Origin: Patescibacteria group bacterium
GTDB taxonomy: Bacteria > Patescibacteriota > Minisyncoccia > Phycocordibacterales > XYD1-FULL-46-19
Direction of reading: 5' to 3'
Assembly (NCBI GenBank): GCA_048617235.1
Contig: JBMCHT010000003.1
Location: forward strand, 17,958-81,957
Length of the DNA: 64,000 nucleotides
Shown here: one piece after another, positions 47,597 through 56,855 of the stretch
Numbering within the stretch: position 1 is the first letter of the stretch
Layout: each line of letters opens with the position of its first letter
The notes under the pieces: model-generated
Database searches by the model: none
Told to the model about the DNA's origin: nothing
Seen by the model: only the letters and a program-made list of their open reading frames with translations
Program-made: the position numbers and the translations under genes

Positions 47597-50095
47597 TTAC
47601 CAATTTATTAAAGGTTTCCATTGATAATAATTATTTTTATTAGCAGCACATATATATACCTGATCAGCGGTTTCTCGTTCACCACTAACTAAATTATCTA
47701 AATATTTTATTGCCCCCTTATTTGCGCCAGTACACCTTCCTAACTCGTTTATAAGACCGTTTGATAGTGAACTTCTTTCTATTATAGGTAAAACTAATCC
47801 GGAAGCATCAGCCATATTTACTTTACCACCAAAATAAGATGTACCTTTTACATTAAACATACTCGGCCTTTTATCATCATTACTCTGATATCCTATACTT
47901 ACTTTTTTTTCTTCTATCTTAAGAGCTTCTAAATGAGGCCCATTCCAACCTGTACCGACATCATTTTTGTCTTTCGAGATAAAAGAAAATGAACCATTAT
48001 AATCAATCCAGGTACCTGCACGACCGGAGTTTATTGCCATTGCTGATCGATTATTTCTTATTAAAACACCATCACTATCACCAGCGACCCCTGTGTTTAT
48101 ATCTAACTTTTTTCTAGGATCCGTAGTCCCCATTCCTACATTTCCTTCTTCAGTCAAACTCATAACGATATGATGTCCAGCCTCATCATGTCTTGTAAAA
48201 TCTAAATTATTCGTTTTTAACTCAAATTCCCCAGAATCAGTTCCGCCACTAGTTTTTTTACTAACAGACCAATAATTTCTTTCTTCCCCATCTGTGCCCA
48301 TATTTTCTGATAAAACTAAAGCAGCAGAATTACCTGCAAAAGTAGTGGGATTTTTTTGAATTAAAACAAGATTTGCTCCTGAATTAACACTATCGTCTTC
48401 CCTAATAGTAAATTTAGGGACTGAACCATTTTTAAAAACACCTCTATCTTCTGCGTCACCACCAACTACTACAGAGCTACTTGGTTCTCTTGTATATAAA
48501 ACATCTCCTTCGTCTGTTTCATCTAGATCCCAAAAACTTTCTATTTGAGCAGCATTAATAATACTTAAGAATGAAGCACAGCTTGCACTAACACCATCTA
48601 AAATATCTAAAGTACATAATTGACCATTAAAAGAAGTCATAGAATTTCTATCTGCAGAAAAACCATCTGAACTTCCAAACATTTCAGCTTCAAAAGACAT
48701 CTCATCTTTGGAATTAAAAGTAAAACTTTTAAAATTACTTCCAGATATAAAAGAGTTATTTCCTCCTGTCTTAATTACTTTTATATCGGCTTCTCCAGAT
48801 CTTATTTCTCCATCACCAACTGCTAAATCACCTGCCACATCAACATTATCAAATAATCTTACATGACGAACACCATCCTGACGGACAGCTCCTACTATAT
48901 CTAAAACTTTATTTGTTCCTGTTAAAGGACTAACTCTAATAACTGATTTATCGCTACTCTCAGTAGCCCTATCTTCGTGTTGTATAACATTAATATCTCC
49001 AGATCTTATTTCTCCATCACCAACTGCTAAATCACCTGCCACATCAACATTATCAAATAATCTTACATGACGAACACCATCCTGACGGACAGCTCCTACT
49101 ATATCTAAAACTTTATTTGTTCCTGTTAAAGGACTAACTCTAATAACTGATTTATCGCTACTCTCAGTAGCCCTATCTTCGTGTTGTATAACATTAATAT
49201 CTCCAGATCTTATTTCTCTATCTATATCTAAAGCAAATTCTGGATTATTAACACCTATCCCCACATTACCATTTTCACGATAAATGTTACCATCTTCTGT
49301 TTCTTCCCATAAAGAACCGCCTACACCTTCTATGTCTTTAGGGTCTGTCCAAAAACCAATACCATCAACATCTGAAGTTAAAATTTTATTCTCATCAGGA
49401 TCCCCCCCTCTTATTCTTATTTGACCATCTATATCTAACTCAGCTTGAGGATTATCTGTTCCTATTCCAATTCTAGAATTTTCATCTTCTCCAGAAATAG
49501 TCATTCTGGTAATTGGACTAAAGCCTGTAGAACTACTAGAATCAACTACCATTTCTTTAAAATTTAAACCATCTTTTATCGGTAATAATATTTCTCCTAT
49601 ATAAGCTAAATCTGTATTCAAACTATCAGCTTTCACACCGCCATCTACATGTAATTTACTCGCCGGATCATTTGTTCCAATTCCCACATTACCGTTTTCA
49701 CGGTAAATATTGTCACCATCTTTTTCCCACAAAGAACCACCTAAACCTGGTATATCTTGAGGATCAGTCCAAGTAGCTTTTCCTTCATCGTTTACAGAAG
49801 TTAAAATTTTACCAGAACCAGCATTGCCTTTTTCGGGAAAATAAAATAATTCCAAAAAGCGACCTTTTGTAATTAACAAACTATCTCCTATAAACAATGG
49901 AGCCGAAATATATTTATTTGATCGAATACGTCCTTCCTTTGTTTGACCTTGACTCCCCGTATGTATCGGCGGTTCCGGTTGATCATTCGGAGGTGATTCC
50001 GGCGCCGGAGTAAAACTATAAACAGTAATAGTCGAAGCACCTAAAACAGTTATTGTTACCAAAAGATATAATCCCCAGTTTTTATATTTATTCAT
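47597..50095 (-). CDS. Large secreted or surface protein with tail-fibre-like repeats (GNVGIGT..P..L.V motifs)
   Basis: N-terminal signal anchor. Repeated GGSLWE..G.NIYRENGNVGIGTNDP motifs. Internal exact 68-aa duplication. 832 aa. Confidence 0.6.
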   Translation of the reverse strand: MNKYKNWGLYLLVTITVLGASTITVYSFTPAPESPPNDQPEPPIHTGSQGQTKEGRIRSNKYISAPLFIGDSLLITKGRFLELFYFPEKGNAGSGKILTSVNDEGKATWTDPQDIPGLGGSLWEKDGDNIYRENGNVGIGTNDPASKLHVDGGVKADSLNTDLAYIGEILLPIKDGLNFKEMVVDSSSSTGFSPITRMTISGEDENSRIGIGTDNPQAELDIDGQIRIRGGDPDENKILTSDVDGIGFWTDPKDIEGVGGSLWEETEDGNIYRENGNVGIGVNNPEFALDIDREIRSGDINVIQHEDRATESSDKSVIRVSPLTGTNKVLDIVGAVRQDGVRHVRLFDNVDVAGDLAVGDGEIRSGDINVIQHEDRATESSDKSVIRVSPLTGTNKVLDIVGAVRQDGVRHVRLFDNVDVAGDLAVGDGEIRSGEADIKVIKTGGNNSFISGSNFKSFTFNSKDEMSFEAEMFGSSDGFSADRNSMTSFNGQLCTLDILDGVSASCASFLSIINAAQIESFWDLDETDEGDVLYTREPSSSVVVGGDAEDRGVFKNGSVPKFTIREDDSVNSGANLVLIQKNPTTFAGNSAALVLSENMGTDGEERNYWSVSKKTSGGTDSGEFELKTNNLDFTRHDEAGHHIVMSLTEEGNVGMGTTDPRKKLDINTGVAGDSDGVLIRNNRSAMAINSGRAGTWIDYNGSFSFISKDKNDVGTGWNGPHLEALKIEEKKVSIGYQSNDDKRPSMFNVKGTSYFGGKVNMADASGLVLPIIERSSLSNGLINELGRCTGANKGAIKYLDNLVSGERETADQVYICAANKNNYYQWKPLINW
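48792..49199. repeat. Perfect tandem duplication, 2 x 204 bp, in-frame within the 832-aa surface protein gene
   Basis: Identical 204-nt units encoding IRSGDINVIQHEDRATESSDKSVIRVSPLTGTNKVLDIVGAVRQDGVRHVRLFDNVDVAGDLAVGDGE twice. A third, diverged partial copy follows. Confidence 0.9.
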
Positions 50096-50135
50096 AATTT
50101 TTTTGCCGATACATATTAATTTTTAATAATTTTTA

Positions 50136-50552
50136 TTATTGAGCTGTTTGATGTAATACTTCTTCAATTTCTTCATCGGTCATCGTTTCTTCAGCTGAAG
50201 TAGTTTCAGCCATTTGGCGTAATATTTCTTCAATTTCTTCATCAGACATCATATCTTCAAGAGAAGTCGTTTCAGCCATTTGGCGTAAGGCTTCCTTAAT
50301 TTCTTCTTGTTCTTCTTCAGTCAATTCTTCATTTTCCTCGTACATTTGACTTAGAGCTTCATCGATTAAGGCCTCTTCAGTCATTTCATCAGTGGTATCT
50401 ACCGGAGCTTCAACTTGATCTCGGCTTACCCAGGCCAAAACAGCCAAAACAATAATGGCTAATAAAATTACTCCGACCACTAAAGATAAAACCTTGTTTG
50501 GTCCACCTTGGTTATCGGTGGAATTAACTGTTTGATTCATTTCATTATCCAT
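50136..50552 (-). CDS. Acidic single-pass membrane protein with two ~22-25 aa repeats (EEIEEILRQMAETTS)
   Basis: N-terminal TM helix VLSLVVGVILLAIIVLAVLAWV followed by an Asp/Glu-rich repeated tail. 138 aa. Confidence 0.45.
   Translation of the reverse strand: MDNEMNQTVNSTDNQGGPNKVLSLVVGVILLAIIVLAVLAWVSRDQVEAPVDTTDEMTEEALIDEALSQMYEENEELTEEEQEEIKEALRQMAETTSLEDMMSDEEIEEILRQMAETTSAEETMTDEEIEEVLHQTAQ
50160..50290. repeat. Two imperfect ~63-66 bp tandem coding repeats
   Basis: TTCTTCAATTTCTTCATC...GTTTCAGCCATTTGGCGTAA occurs twice. Confidence 0.6.
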
Positions 50553-50788
50553 AAAATTTAATTTAAATTAATTTTAATAATACTTTTAGTTGCCCGCTTA
50601 AACAGACATAATAATCTAGACTTTATTTTACCAAAAAAAAGACCAATAAACCAAACTTTTTAACCCTTTCTGTTGATAACTTCCCGGCTTGGCTTTTTTT
50701 TATCTTTATGTTATCGTTAAATTGTCTGTAAGATGTATCCGGAAGCTAAAGCTCTCCGGATTTTTATTTAAAAAATAACAATATTATT

Positions 50789-51949
50789 ATGATAGATCTT
50801 AAAATGTTAAAATCCGCTCTGGAGCAATTGGAAGAAGAAAAAAATATTCCCCGAGAGCGAATTGTAGGAGCGATTGAAGATTCTTTAGTGGCGGCCTATA
50901 AGAAAGATTACGGTAAAAAGGGACAAATCATTAAAGCTAAAATAGATTTAGATACCGGTCAAACTGAATTCTATAAAGTAAAACTGGTGGTTGATGAGTC
51001 TACGGTCAGATTTGATGAGGAAGAACCCCTCAATGAAGAAGATGACAGAATTAAATTCAATGAGGAATCCCATATTACTCTAGAAGATGCCAAAAGAATT
51101 AAAACCAACATCCAAGTAGGTGAAGAAATTGTTTTTCCTTTGGATACCGAAGAAGACTATGGCCGGATTGCCGCTCAAACAGCTAAGCAAGTTATAATTC
51201 AAAAAATCCGAGAAGCGGAAAAAGACTCCATTTGGGAAGAATATTCCGGTCGTGAGGGAGAAATTTTATCCGGTAAAGTTCAAAAATTGGAAAGAGGTAA
51301 TGTCTATGTGGATTTAGGCCGAACTCTGGCTATTTTACCTTATGAAGAGCAAATCCGTGGTGAATATTACCGTCAAGGTGAAAGAATTAGAGCTTATTTA
51401 TACGAAGTGGAAGAAAGTCCCAGAGGAGTGGTTTTACGTTTATCTCGTTCTCATCCTAAATTTGTGGAAAAACTATTTGAAATGGAAGCTCCGGAAATTG
51501 CCGCTGGCACAGTGGAAATTAAAGCTATTGCTCGGGAAGCCGGTGGTCGAACCAAGATGGCTGTTTGGTCAGAAGATCCCAATATTGATCCGATTGGTTC
51601 TTGTGTGGGACAAAAAGGATCCAGAGTCTCAACAGTTATTAATGAATTGGGAGGTGAAAAAATAGATATTATAGAATGGTCATCCGATCCGGATCAGTTT
51701 ATCACCAATGCCCTGTCTCCGGCTAAAATTTTATCTTTGAACTTGGATGAAAAAGACAAAACAGCTCAAATAGAAGTTACGCCCGATCAATTTTCTTTGG
51801 CTGTCGGTCGTGGTGGTCAAAATGCTCGTGTCGCCGCCAAATTAACCGGTTGGAAAATAAATATTTCCGTACCCCCGGAAATGGCCGAAACCGAAGAACA
51901 AACTGAAGCCGTTTCCGCTGATCCGGAAACTGAAACAAATAATAATTAA
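50789..51949 (+). CDS. nusA: Transcription termination/antitermination factor NusA
   Basis: NusA N-domain, S1 and two KH domains. Acidic C-terminal tail. 386 aa. Confidence 0.92.
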   Translation: MIDLKMLKSALEQLEEEKNIPRERIVGAIEDSLVAAYKKDYGKKGQIIKAKIDLDTGQTEFYKVKLVVDESTVRFDEEEPLNEEDDRIKFNEESHITLEDAKRIKTNIQVGEEIVFPLDTEEDYGRIAAQTAKQVIIQKIREAEKDSIWEEYSGREGEILSGKVQKLERGNVYVDLGRTLAILPYEEQIRGEYYRQGERIRAYLYEVEESPRGVVLRLSRSHPKFVEKLFEMEAPEIAAGTVEIKAIAREAGGRTKMAVWSEDPNIDPIGSCVGQKGSRVSTVINELGGEKIDIIEWSSDPDQFITNALSPAKILSLNLDEKDKTAQIEVTPDQFSLAVGRGGQNARVAAKLTGWKINISVPPEMAETEEQTEAVSADPETETNNN

Positions 51950-51968
51950 TAGTTTAATCATTTATATT

Positions 51969-52505
51969 ATGGAAAATACCAATAATTTATGGCATCAAAT
52001 TCCGGCCGGAACACCGGAAGAAATAAATGTTATTACCGAGTCTCCTAAATTATCTCGGGTTAAATATGAATTGGACAAAGAGACCGGTTTAATTATAGTT
52101 GACCGAGTTTTGTATTCTCCAATGCATTATCCAGCTAATTATGGTTTTGTTCCCCAAACTCTGTGGGATGATGGTGACCCTTTGGATGTTCTGGTTATTT
52201 CACATGAACCGTTTGTCCCGGCTTCTTTGGTTAAAGCCCGACCAATCGGAGTTTTGGAGATGATAGATGACGGTGATAGTGACGCCAAAATCTTGGCCAT
52301 ACCGGTTAAAGATCCTCGCTTTAAACAAACCAATAATTTAACAGATGTAGAACCTCATATTTTGGAAGAAATCCAGCATTTCTTCAAAGTCTACAAAGAT
52401 TTACAGAAAAAAGAAGTTCGAGTGGGAGAATGGTTAGACAAAGAAGAGGCTCTTAAAACAATAGAAAAATCCCTCACTCAATACCGAGAAAAATATTCGG
52501 CTTAA
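51969..52505 (+). CDS. ppa: Inorganic pyrophosphatase (family I)
   Basis: DGDPLDVLV metal-binding motif. 178 aa. Confidence 0.9.
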   Translation: MENTNNLWHQIPAGTPEEINVITESPKLSRVKYELDKETGLIIVDRVLYSPMHYPANYGFVPQTLWDDGDPLDVLVISHEPFVPASLVKARPIGVLEMIDDGDSDAKILAIPVKDPRFKQTNNLTDVEPHILEEIQHFFKVYKDLQKKEVRVGEWLDKEEALKTIEKSLTQYREKYSA

Positions 52506-52613
52506 ATTAAATTATATAATCTAATTTTAATCCCCCGATCTTATGATTGGGGGATTTTAAATTTTAAAAATGAGAGTATAATTGGAATTATTAACATTCT
52601 AATTATAAATATC

Positions 52614-53168
52614 ATGTTTAAAATCATTTCAAGTATCATATTTTTATTAATTTTAAGTACCGGTTCCGCTTATGCCAAAACAACAGATACGACGCCAAAT
52701 ATTAATTCTATCACTGAACAAAAAAGAGAGATGACCAGTGACAGAAGTCAGATGAGAGAAGAAATTAAAAATCGTTTAAATGAAACAACTTCAGCTAAAG
52801 ATAGACAAGAAATGGCTAATCGTTTTAGATTGGAAGCTTTAAATAAAAAACAAGAAGCTATATTTACCAATCTGGAGCAGATAATAAACCGTTTACAAGA
52901 AGTTAAAAACCGTTTGGCTATACTAGCTGAAAAAGCTGGCCAAGCGACTAAAGCTGAAGATAACTTAACCGCTGTCGATGATCTAATTCAAATGGCTGAA
53001 ACTAATAAAAATAAAAATCAAAAAGAAATTAAGATATATTTAGAAGAAGAAGACTGGGAAAACAGTTTAGAAGCTCTTAAATTGGGAATTAAAAATATTA
53101 GAATGGATTTAGTTGAAACTCGACGTCTCTTGTCTCAATCTATTGCCTCTATCCGTCAAAACCTTTAA
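52614..53168 (+). CDS. Secreted coiled-coil hypothetical protein
   Basis: Signal peptide MFKIISSIIFLLILSTGSAYA. Highly charged helical sequence. 184 aa. Confidence 0.45.
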   Translation: MFKIISSIIFLLILSTGSAYAKTTDTTPNINSITEQKREMTSDRSQMREEIKNRLNETTSAKDRQEMANRFRLEALNKKQEAIFTNLEQIINRLQEVKNRLAILAEKAGQATKAEDNLTAVDDLIQMAETNKNKNQKEIKIYLEEEDWENSLEALKLGIKNIRMDLVETRRLLSQSIASIRQNL

Positions 53169-53266
53169 AGATATAAATATTAACTATAATAAGTTGAAAT
53201 TATTGTTATTTAGTATTATCATTTAATCAGAAGAACTTCGTCCTTTGCCAACCAAAAAAAGACCTT

Positions 53267-53277
53267 GAAAGGAGGTC
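53267..53277 (+). promoter_or_regulatory. Strong Shine-Dalgarno (GAAAGGAGGTC) 5 nt upstream of the ATG of the GC-rich ORF
   Basis: Perfect AAAGGAGG core. Native neighbouring genes lack SDs. Confidence 0.6.
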
Positions 53278-53280
53278 AAA

Positions 53281-54342
53281 ATGCGACTGGTAACTGCAAC
53301 TTTCCTTTTTTGGGGGGTGATGATGGTGGCGCTGGGACAACCCGGGCAATACACCGAGTTTGCCCCGGAACTCCTCGAAGAGGGGCGCGATTTTGTCGTG
53401 CTCCGGACGGAAGACTCGTCAGTGAAAGTCTTTCGTGAAGTGGAGGATTACTTCGGACCCGACTCCCGACTGTCTAATGGTCTTTATGACCTGAAGACCA
53501 AGGGAGCCACGACCTCGCCCTGTTTCAACGGCGGGCCAGCTATGTACTACGAGCACATTTTCAACGGTGCAGCCGTTGATAACTGGCGCTCAGAGTACGC
53601 TCCTGAGTTGAATGATCAGATCTTCACCGATCTGACAAACAACTCGGTCAAGGTGGTCTGGCCGAGAGCAACCTCCTTGTGGAACCTCAGGTCCAGCATC
53701 ACCTATGAGTTAGGTGATGACGGGGTAGACTTCACCTTTGAAGTCAAAACTCCGGCCACAGAGGCAGAAGTGGCCGAGATTGCCCCGTTGGGATGGTTTG
53801 GGTGTATGTTCGCAAGCTACACCCGTTCCATTCATAGCTCCGACAGGAGCTTCCAATTCTATGGGGTGGAATCCCAGGTCATGGATTTCCGCTGGTTCCA
53901 AGTCTCCATTCCCAACTTCGGCTGGAAAAAGTTTGGAGACTCAAAGGAAAGAGGAACTATCGGGCCTTACAGGGTTGATCCCCTTCCGTACGAAGAAGAG
54001 GCTGGCGGCATAAACGCACATCAGAGGGAGGATCTACACAGTCTCTCCCCAATGTACTTCAGTGTCGTACAGCCCAACGAGGGCTCACCGCCGATGATAT
54101 TTGCCATGCTTTTCGACCAGACACAGTCTGTTCGATTTGCATTGTTCGGAGGAGATGAGTTAGGCGGTCCCACCGCCTACGACTGGCACTTCATCGTCCG
54201 GCAGCCCCAGCCAGATACGAAGTATCGACTGAGGGCGAAGCTCATCTATGAGCCTCTACCGGAAGAAGGGATGTCCGAGCGTAAATTACGTTCGTATATC
54301 CAACAAAAGTGGTTTTGGTGGTGGTGGTTTCTCCACCATTAA
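53281..54342 (+). CDS. Secreted hypothetical protein on GC-rich island (C-terminal aromatic tail KWFWWWWFLHH)
   Basis: Signal peptide MRLVTATFLFWGVMMVALG. 353 aa. GC-rich with strong SD and its own terminator. No family recognised. Confidence 0.55.
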   Translation: MRLVTATFLFWGVMMVALGQPGQYTEFAPELLEEGRDFVVLRTEDSSVKVFREVEDYFGPDSRLSNGLYDLKTKGATTSPCFNGGPAMYYEHIFNGAAVDNWRSEYAPELNDQIFTDLTNNSVKVVWPRATSLWNLRSSITYELGDDGVDFTFEVKTPATEAEVAEIAPLGWFGCMFASYTRSIHSSDRSFQFYGVESQVMDFRWFQVSIPNFGWKKFGDSKERGTIGPYRVDPLPYEEEAGGINAHQREDLHSLSPMYFSVVQPNEGSPPMIFAMLFDQTQSVRFALFGGDELGGPTAYDWHFIVRQPQPDTKYRLRAKLIYEPLPEEGMSERKLRSYIQQKWFWWWWFLHH

Positions 54343-54365
54343 ACCGTTTCTGTGTTTTTGTTCTC

Positions 54366-54395
54366 AACCCCGTACTTTCTAGGTACGGGGTTTTC
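54366..54395 (+). terminator. Intrinsic terminator (AACCCCGTAC-TTTCTA-GGTACGGGGTT + TTTT)
   Basis: Perfect 10-bp stem followed by a T-run, 24 nt after the stop of the GC-rich ORF. Confidence 0.7.
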
Positions 54396-54506
54396 TACTC
54401 TGTAAAAATTAAACGATGTAGATATTAACGGTCAAGCCTGGTCAAAAAAAACAAAATCAGGCATAATAGAAAAAGATTAAATTATTAGTTTAAGCTTTTA
54501 TAAATT

Positions 54507-54848
54507 ATGGAAGAAAAAGATTTCAATCAAAATGAAAATCCAACAAATACGGACATGGGGGTTCCCGAGCAATCGGCTTCCGTCGGTTCTCCGGAGGACA
54601 ACTCCAAAGGTCCGGTTGTTGGAATTGTTTTGATTATCATCATCCTCATTGTCGGAGGTATCTTCGTTTTCACCAACCGAGAAGAAATTTTGGAACCGGT
54701 GGAAGAAGATGTTGAAGATATAGCAAATGAGGAAGATATGGAGGAATTAGAAAATGATATTTCAGACTTGGAAGAAATCGATGAAAATATCGATACTCAA
54801 ACCCAAGAACTGGAAGATGAATTGGATATTATTTCCGAAGAGGAATAA
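54507..54848 (+). CDS. Acidic single-pass membrane protein
   Basis: TM helix VVGIVLIIIILIVGGIFVF followed by a Glu/Asp-rich tail. 113 aa. Confidence 0.45.
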   Translation: MEEKDFNQNENPTNTDMGVPEQSASVGSPEDNSKGPVVGIVLIIIILIVGGIFVFTNREEILEPVEEDVEDIANEEDMEELENDISDLEEIDENIDTQTQELEDELDIISEEE

Positions 54849-54950
54849 TTTTCCGATGTTTTCAACAAAAGCCGGCTTCAAAGCCGGTTTTTGTTTGTTT
54901 TATTTAAAAAAATTTGCCAAATTAAACAAATCCAGTTACCCTAATTCTAT

Positions 54951-55958
54951 ATGGATATACAAATAAAAAATATATCAGAAACGGAGATTGAAATTTCCGG
55001 TTCTGTACCTGAAGAAATTTGGGCTAAAAAAAGGCCGGCGGCTTTGAAAAAAATGGCCGGTGAAATTAAAGTTGATGGTTTTCGATCCGGCCAAATACCG
55101 GAAGCGGTTTTAATTAAAAAAGTAGGCGAAGAAGCTATTCTATGGGAACAAGCCGGTCAGACTTTATCAGATTTATACCCAACTATAGTTTTAGATAATA
55201 AATTGGATGTAATTGGCCGTCCGGAAATTACCATTACTAAAATTGTTGCCAATCAACCTTTAGAATTTAAAATAAAAACGGCAGTAGTACCGAAAATAGA
55301 ATTACCAAACTGGAAACAAGAAGTTAAACAAATAAATCAAGAGCCTTTACCGGAAATCGAAGTTACTGAAAAAGAAATAGAAGAAGCCGTTAAGACCGTC
55401 AAAAGTCAATCAGCCGGCTCACCGGAGGAAGCTAAAGAAGCCCCTACCGATACGTGGGCTCAAAAATTGGGACCGTGGAAAAACTTAACAGAAATGAAAG
55501 AAGCAGTAAAAGAAAAAATAAAAGAAGACAAAGCCGGAAAAGCCAAAGAAGCTCATAGGTTAAAATTATTGGAAGCAGTAGCCGATAAAATCACCCTTGA
55601 AATTCCATCCTTATTAATTGAATCGGAATTGGATAAAATGATTCAAGAATTAAAACACAATATTGAATCCGCCGGCTTGGTTTTTAATGAATACCTTAAT
55701 CATTTAAAAAAGACCGAGGAAGATTTAAGACAAGCTTGGCAAACAGATGCCGAGAAAAGAGTTCGCTTGGGCTTAGTCGCTCAAAAACTAATAGAAACCG
55801 AAAAAATACAACCAACGACTGAAGAAATTGAAAAAGAGATAGAACGCTTGACTAAAGCCTACGGTGACCAAAAACCGGAACCGACTAAATTAAAACAAGC
55901 GGTTATTAACTATCTAACTCATGAAAAATTATACCAACTGTTAGAAAACGAAAAATAA
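54951..55958 (+). CDS. tig: Trigger factor lacking the PPIase (FKBP) domain
   Basis: N-terminal ribosome-binding domain with GFRSGQIP (GFRxGxxP) motif joined directly to C-terminal chaperone-arm domain. 335 aa versus about 430 typical. Followed by clpP. Confidence 0.8.
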   Translation: MDIQIKNISETEIEISGSVPEEIWAKKRPAALKKMAGEIKVDGFRSGQIPEAVLIKKVGEEAILWEQAGQTLSDLYPTIVLDNKLDVIGRPEITITKIVANQPLEFKIKTAVVPKIELPNWKQEVKQINQEPLPEIEVTEKEIEEAVKTVKSQSAGSPEEAKEAPTDTWAQKLGPWKNLTEMKEAVKEKIKEDKAGKAKEAHRLKLLEAVADKITLEIPSLLIESELDKMIQELKHNIESAGLVFNEYLNHLKKTEEDLRQAWQTDAEKRVRLGLVAQKLIETEKIQPTTEEIEKEIERLTKAYGDQKPEPTKLKQAVINYLTHEKLYQLLENEK

Positions 55959-55988
55959 TATTAACAAAGTCTTTAATTTAAAATAATT

Positions 55989-56567
55989 ATGAATCTTATT
56001 CCCACTGTTATTGAAAAATCTCCTTTTGGTGAAAGGGCTTACGATATCTACTCTCGCCTCTTAAAAGAGCAAATTATTTTTTTAGGCGGTCCTATTACCG
56101 ACGATACGGCCAATATTGTTATTGCTCAATTACTCTTTTTAGAATCTGAAAACCAAACTAAAGATATAAAAATATACATCAACAGTCCCGGCGGATCGGT
56201 TACAGCCACCATGGCTATTCTAGATACCATGAATTATGTTAAACCGGATGTTTCCACTATTTGTGTCGGTTTGGCCGCTTCCGGTGGGGCTATAATTTTA
56301 TCGGCCGGAGCCAAAGGTAAAAGAATGGCTTTACCTAATTCAGAAATCATGATTCACCAACCATTGGGCGGAACCGAAGGTCAAGCCTCGGATATTGCCA
56401 TTACTGCCAAACATATTTTAAAAGTAAAAGAAAACTTGAATAAAATTTTATCTAAAAATACCGGCCAACCGATAAAACAAGTGGAAAAAGATTCGGATCG
56501 AGATTATTTTATGCTAGCCGAAGAGGCTAAAAAATACGGTTTAATTGACTCTATCATCAAAGCTTAA
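55989..56567 (+). CDS. clpP: ATP-dependent Clp protease proteolytic subunit ClpP
   Basis: Catalytic-triad context GGSVTA, MIHQP. 192 aa. Confidence 0.95.
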   Translation: MNLIPTVIEKSPFGERAYDIYSRLLKEQIIFLGGPITDDTANIVIAQLLFLESENQTKDIKIYINSPGGSVTATMAILDTMNYVKPDVSTICVGLAASGGAIILSAGAKGKRMALPNSEIMIHQPLGGTEGQASDIAITAKHILKVKENLNKILSKNTGQPIKQVEKDSDRDYFMLAEEAKKYGLIDSIIKA

Positions 56568-56855
56568 ATTTCTACAAAACATAGACATAGACAAAACCAC
56601 CAATGTTTGTTAAACTGAGATTCAAGTTCATTTTATTAGTTTACCTTCACGACAAATTTAAGCTTTTGCAGTCTAAGTTTCGGACAATAAGCTGTAGTGT
56701 TCAGTCAAAAATTGTTATTTTAAGCAGAATAATGACCATTTTTCAAAATTCCATATGAGAAAATATTTATCGCTTTAAAAATTCTTAAAAACAAAAGGCG
56801 GTTAATGTTGTCGCTCCAGTCTTAAAAAATCCGAAGGTTAGATTGCCATTTAACT

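Noticed and set aside
48792-49199. 204-bp duplication considered as DGR template/variable repeat pair
   Set aside because: The copies are identical (no adenine-specific mismatches), tandem and in-frame, and no reverse transcriptase is nearby.
47597-50095. Tail-fibre-like protein as evidence of a prophage
   Set aside because: No integrase, capsid, terminase or other phage genes nearby. Neighbours are pilus and housekeeping genes. Tail-fibre-like repeats are common in CPR surface proteins.
51342-51665. 107-aa ORF in another frame within nusA
   Set aside because: Fully embedded in nusA, whose domains are clear. Lys-rich frame artefact.
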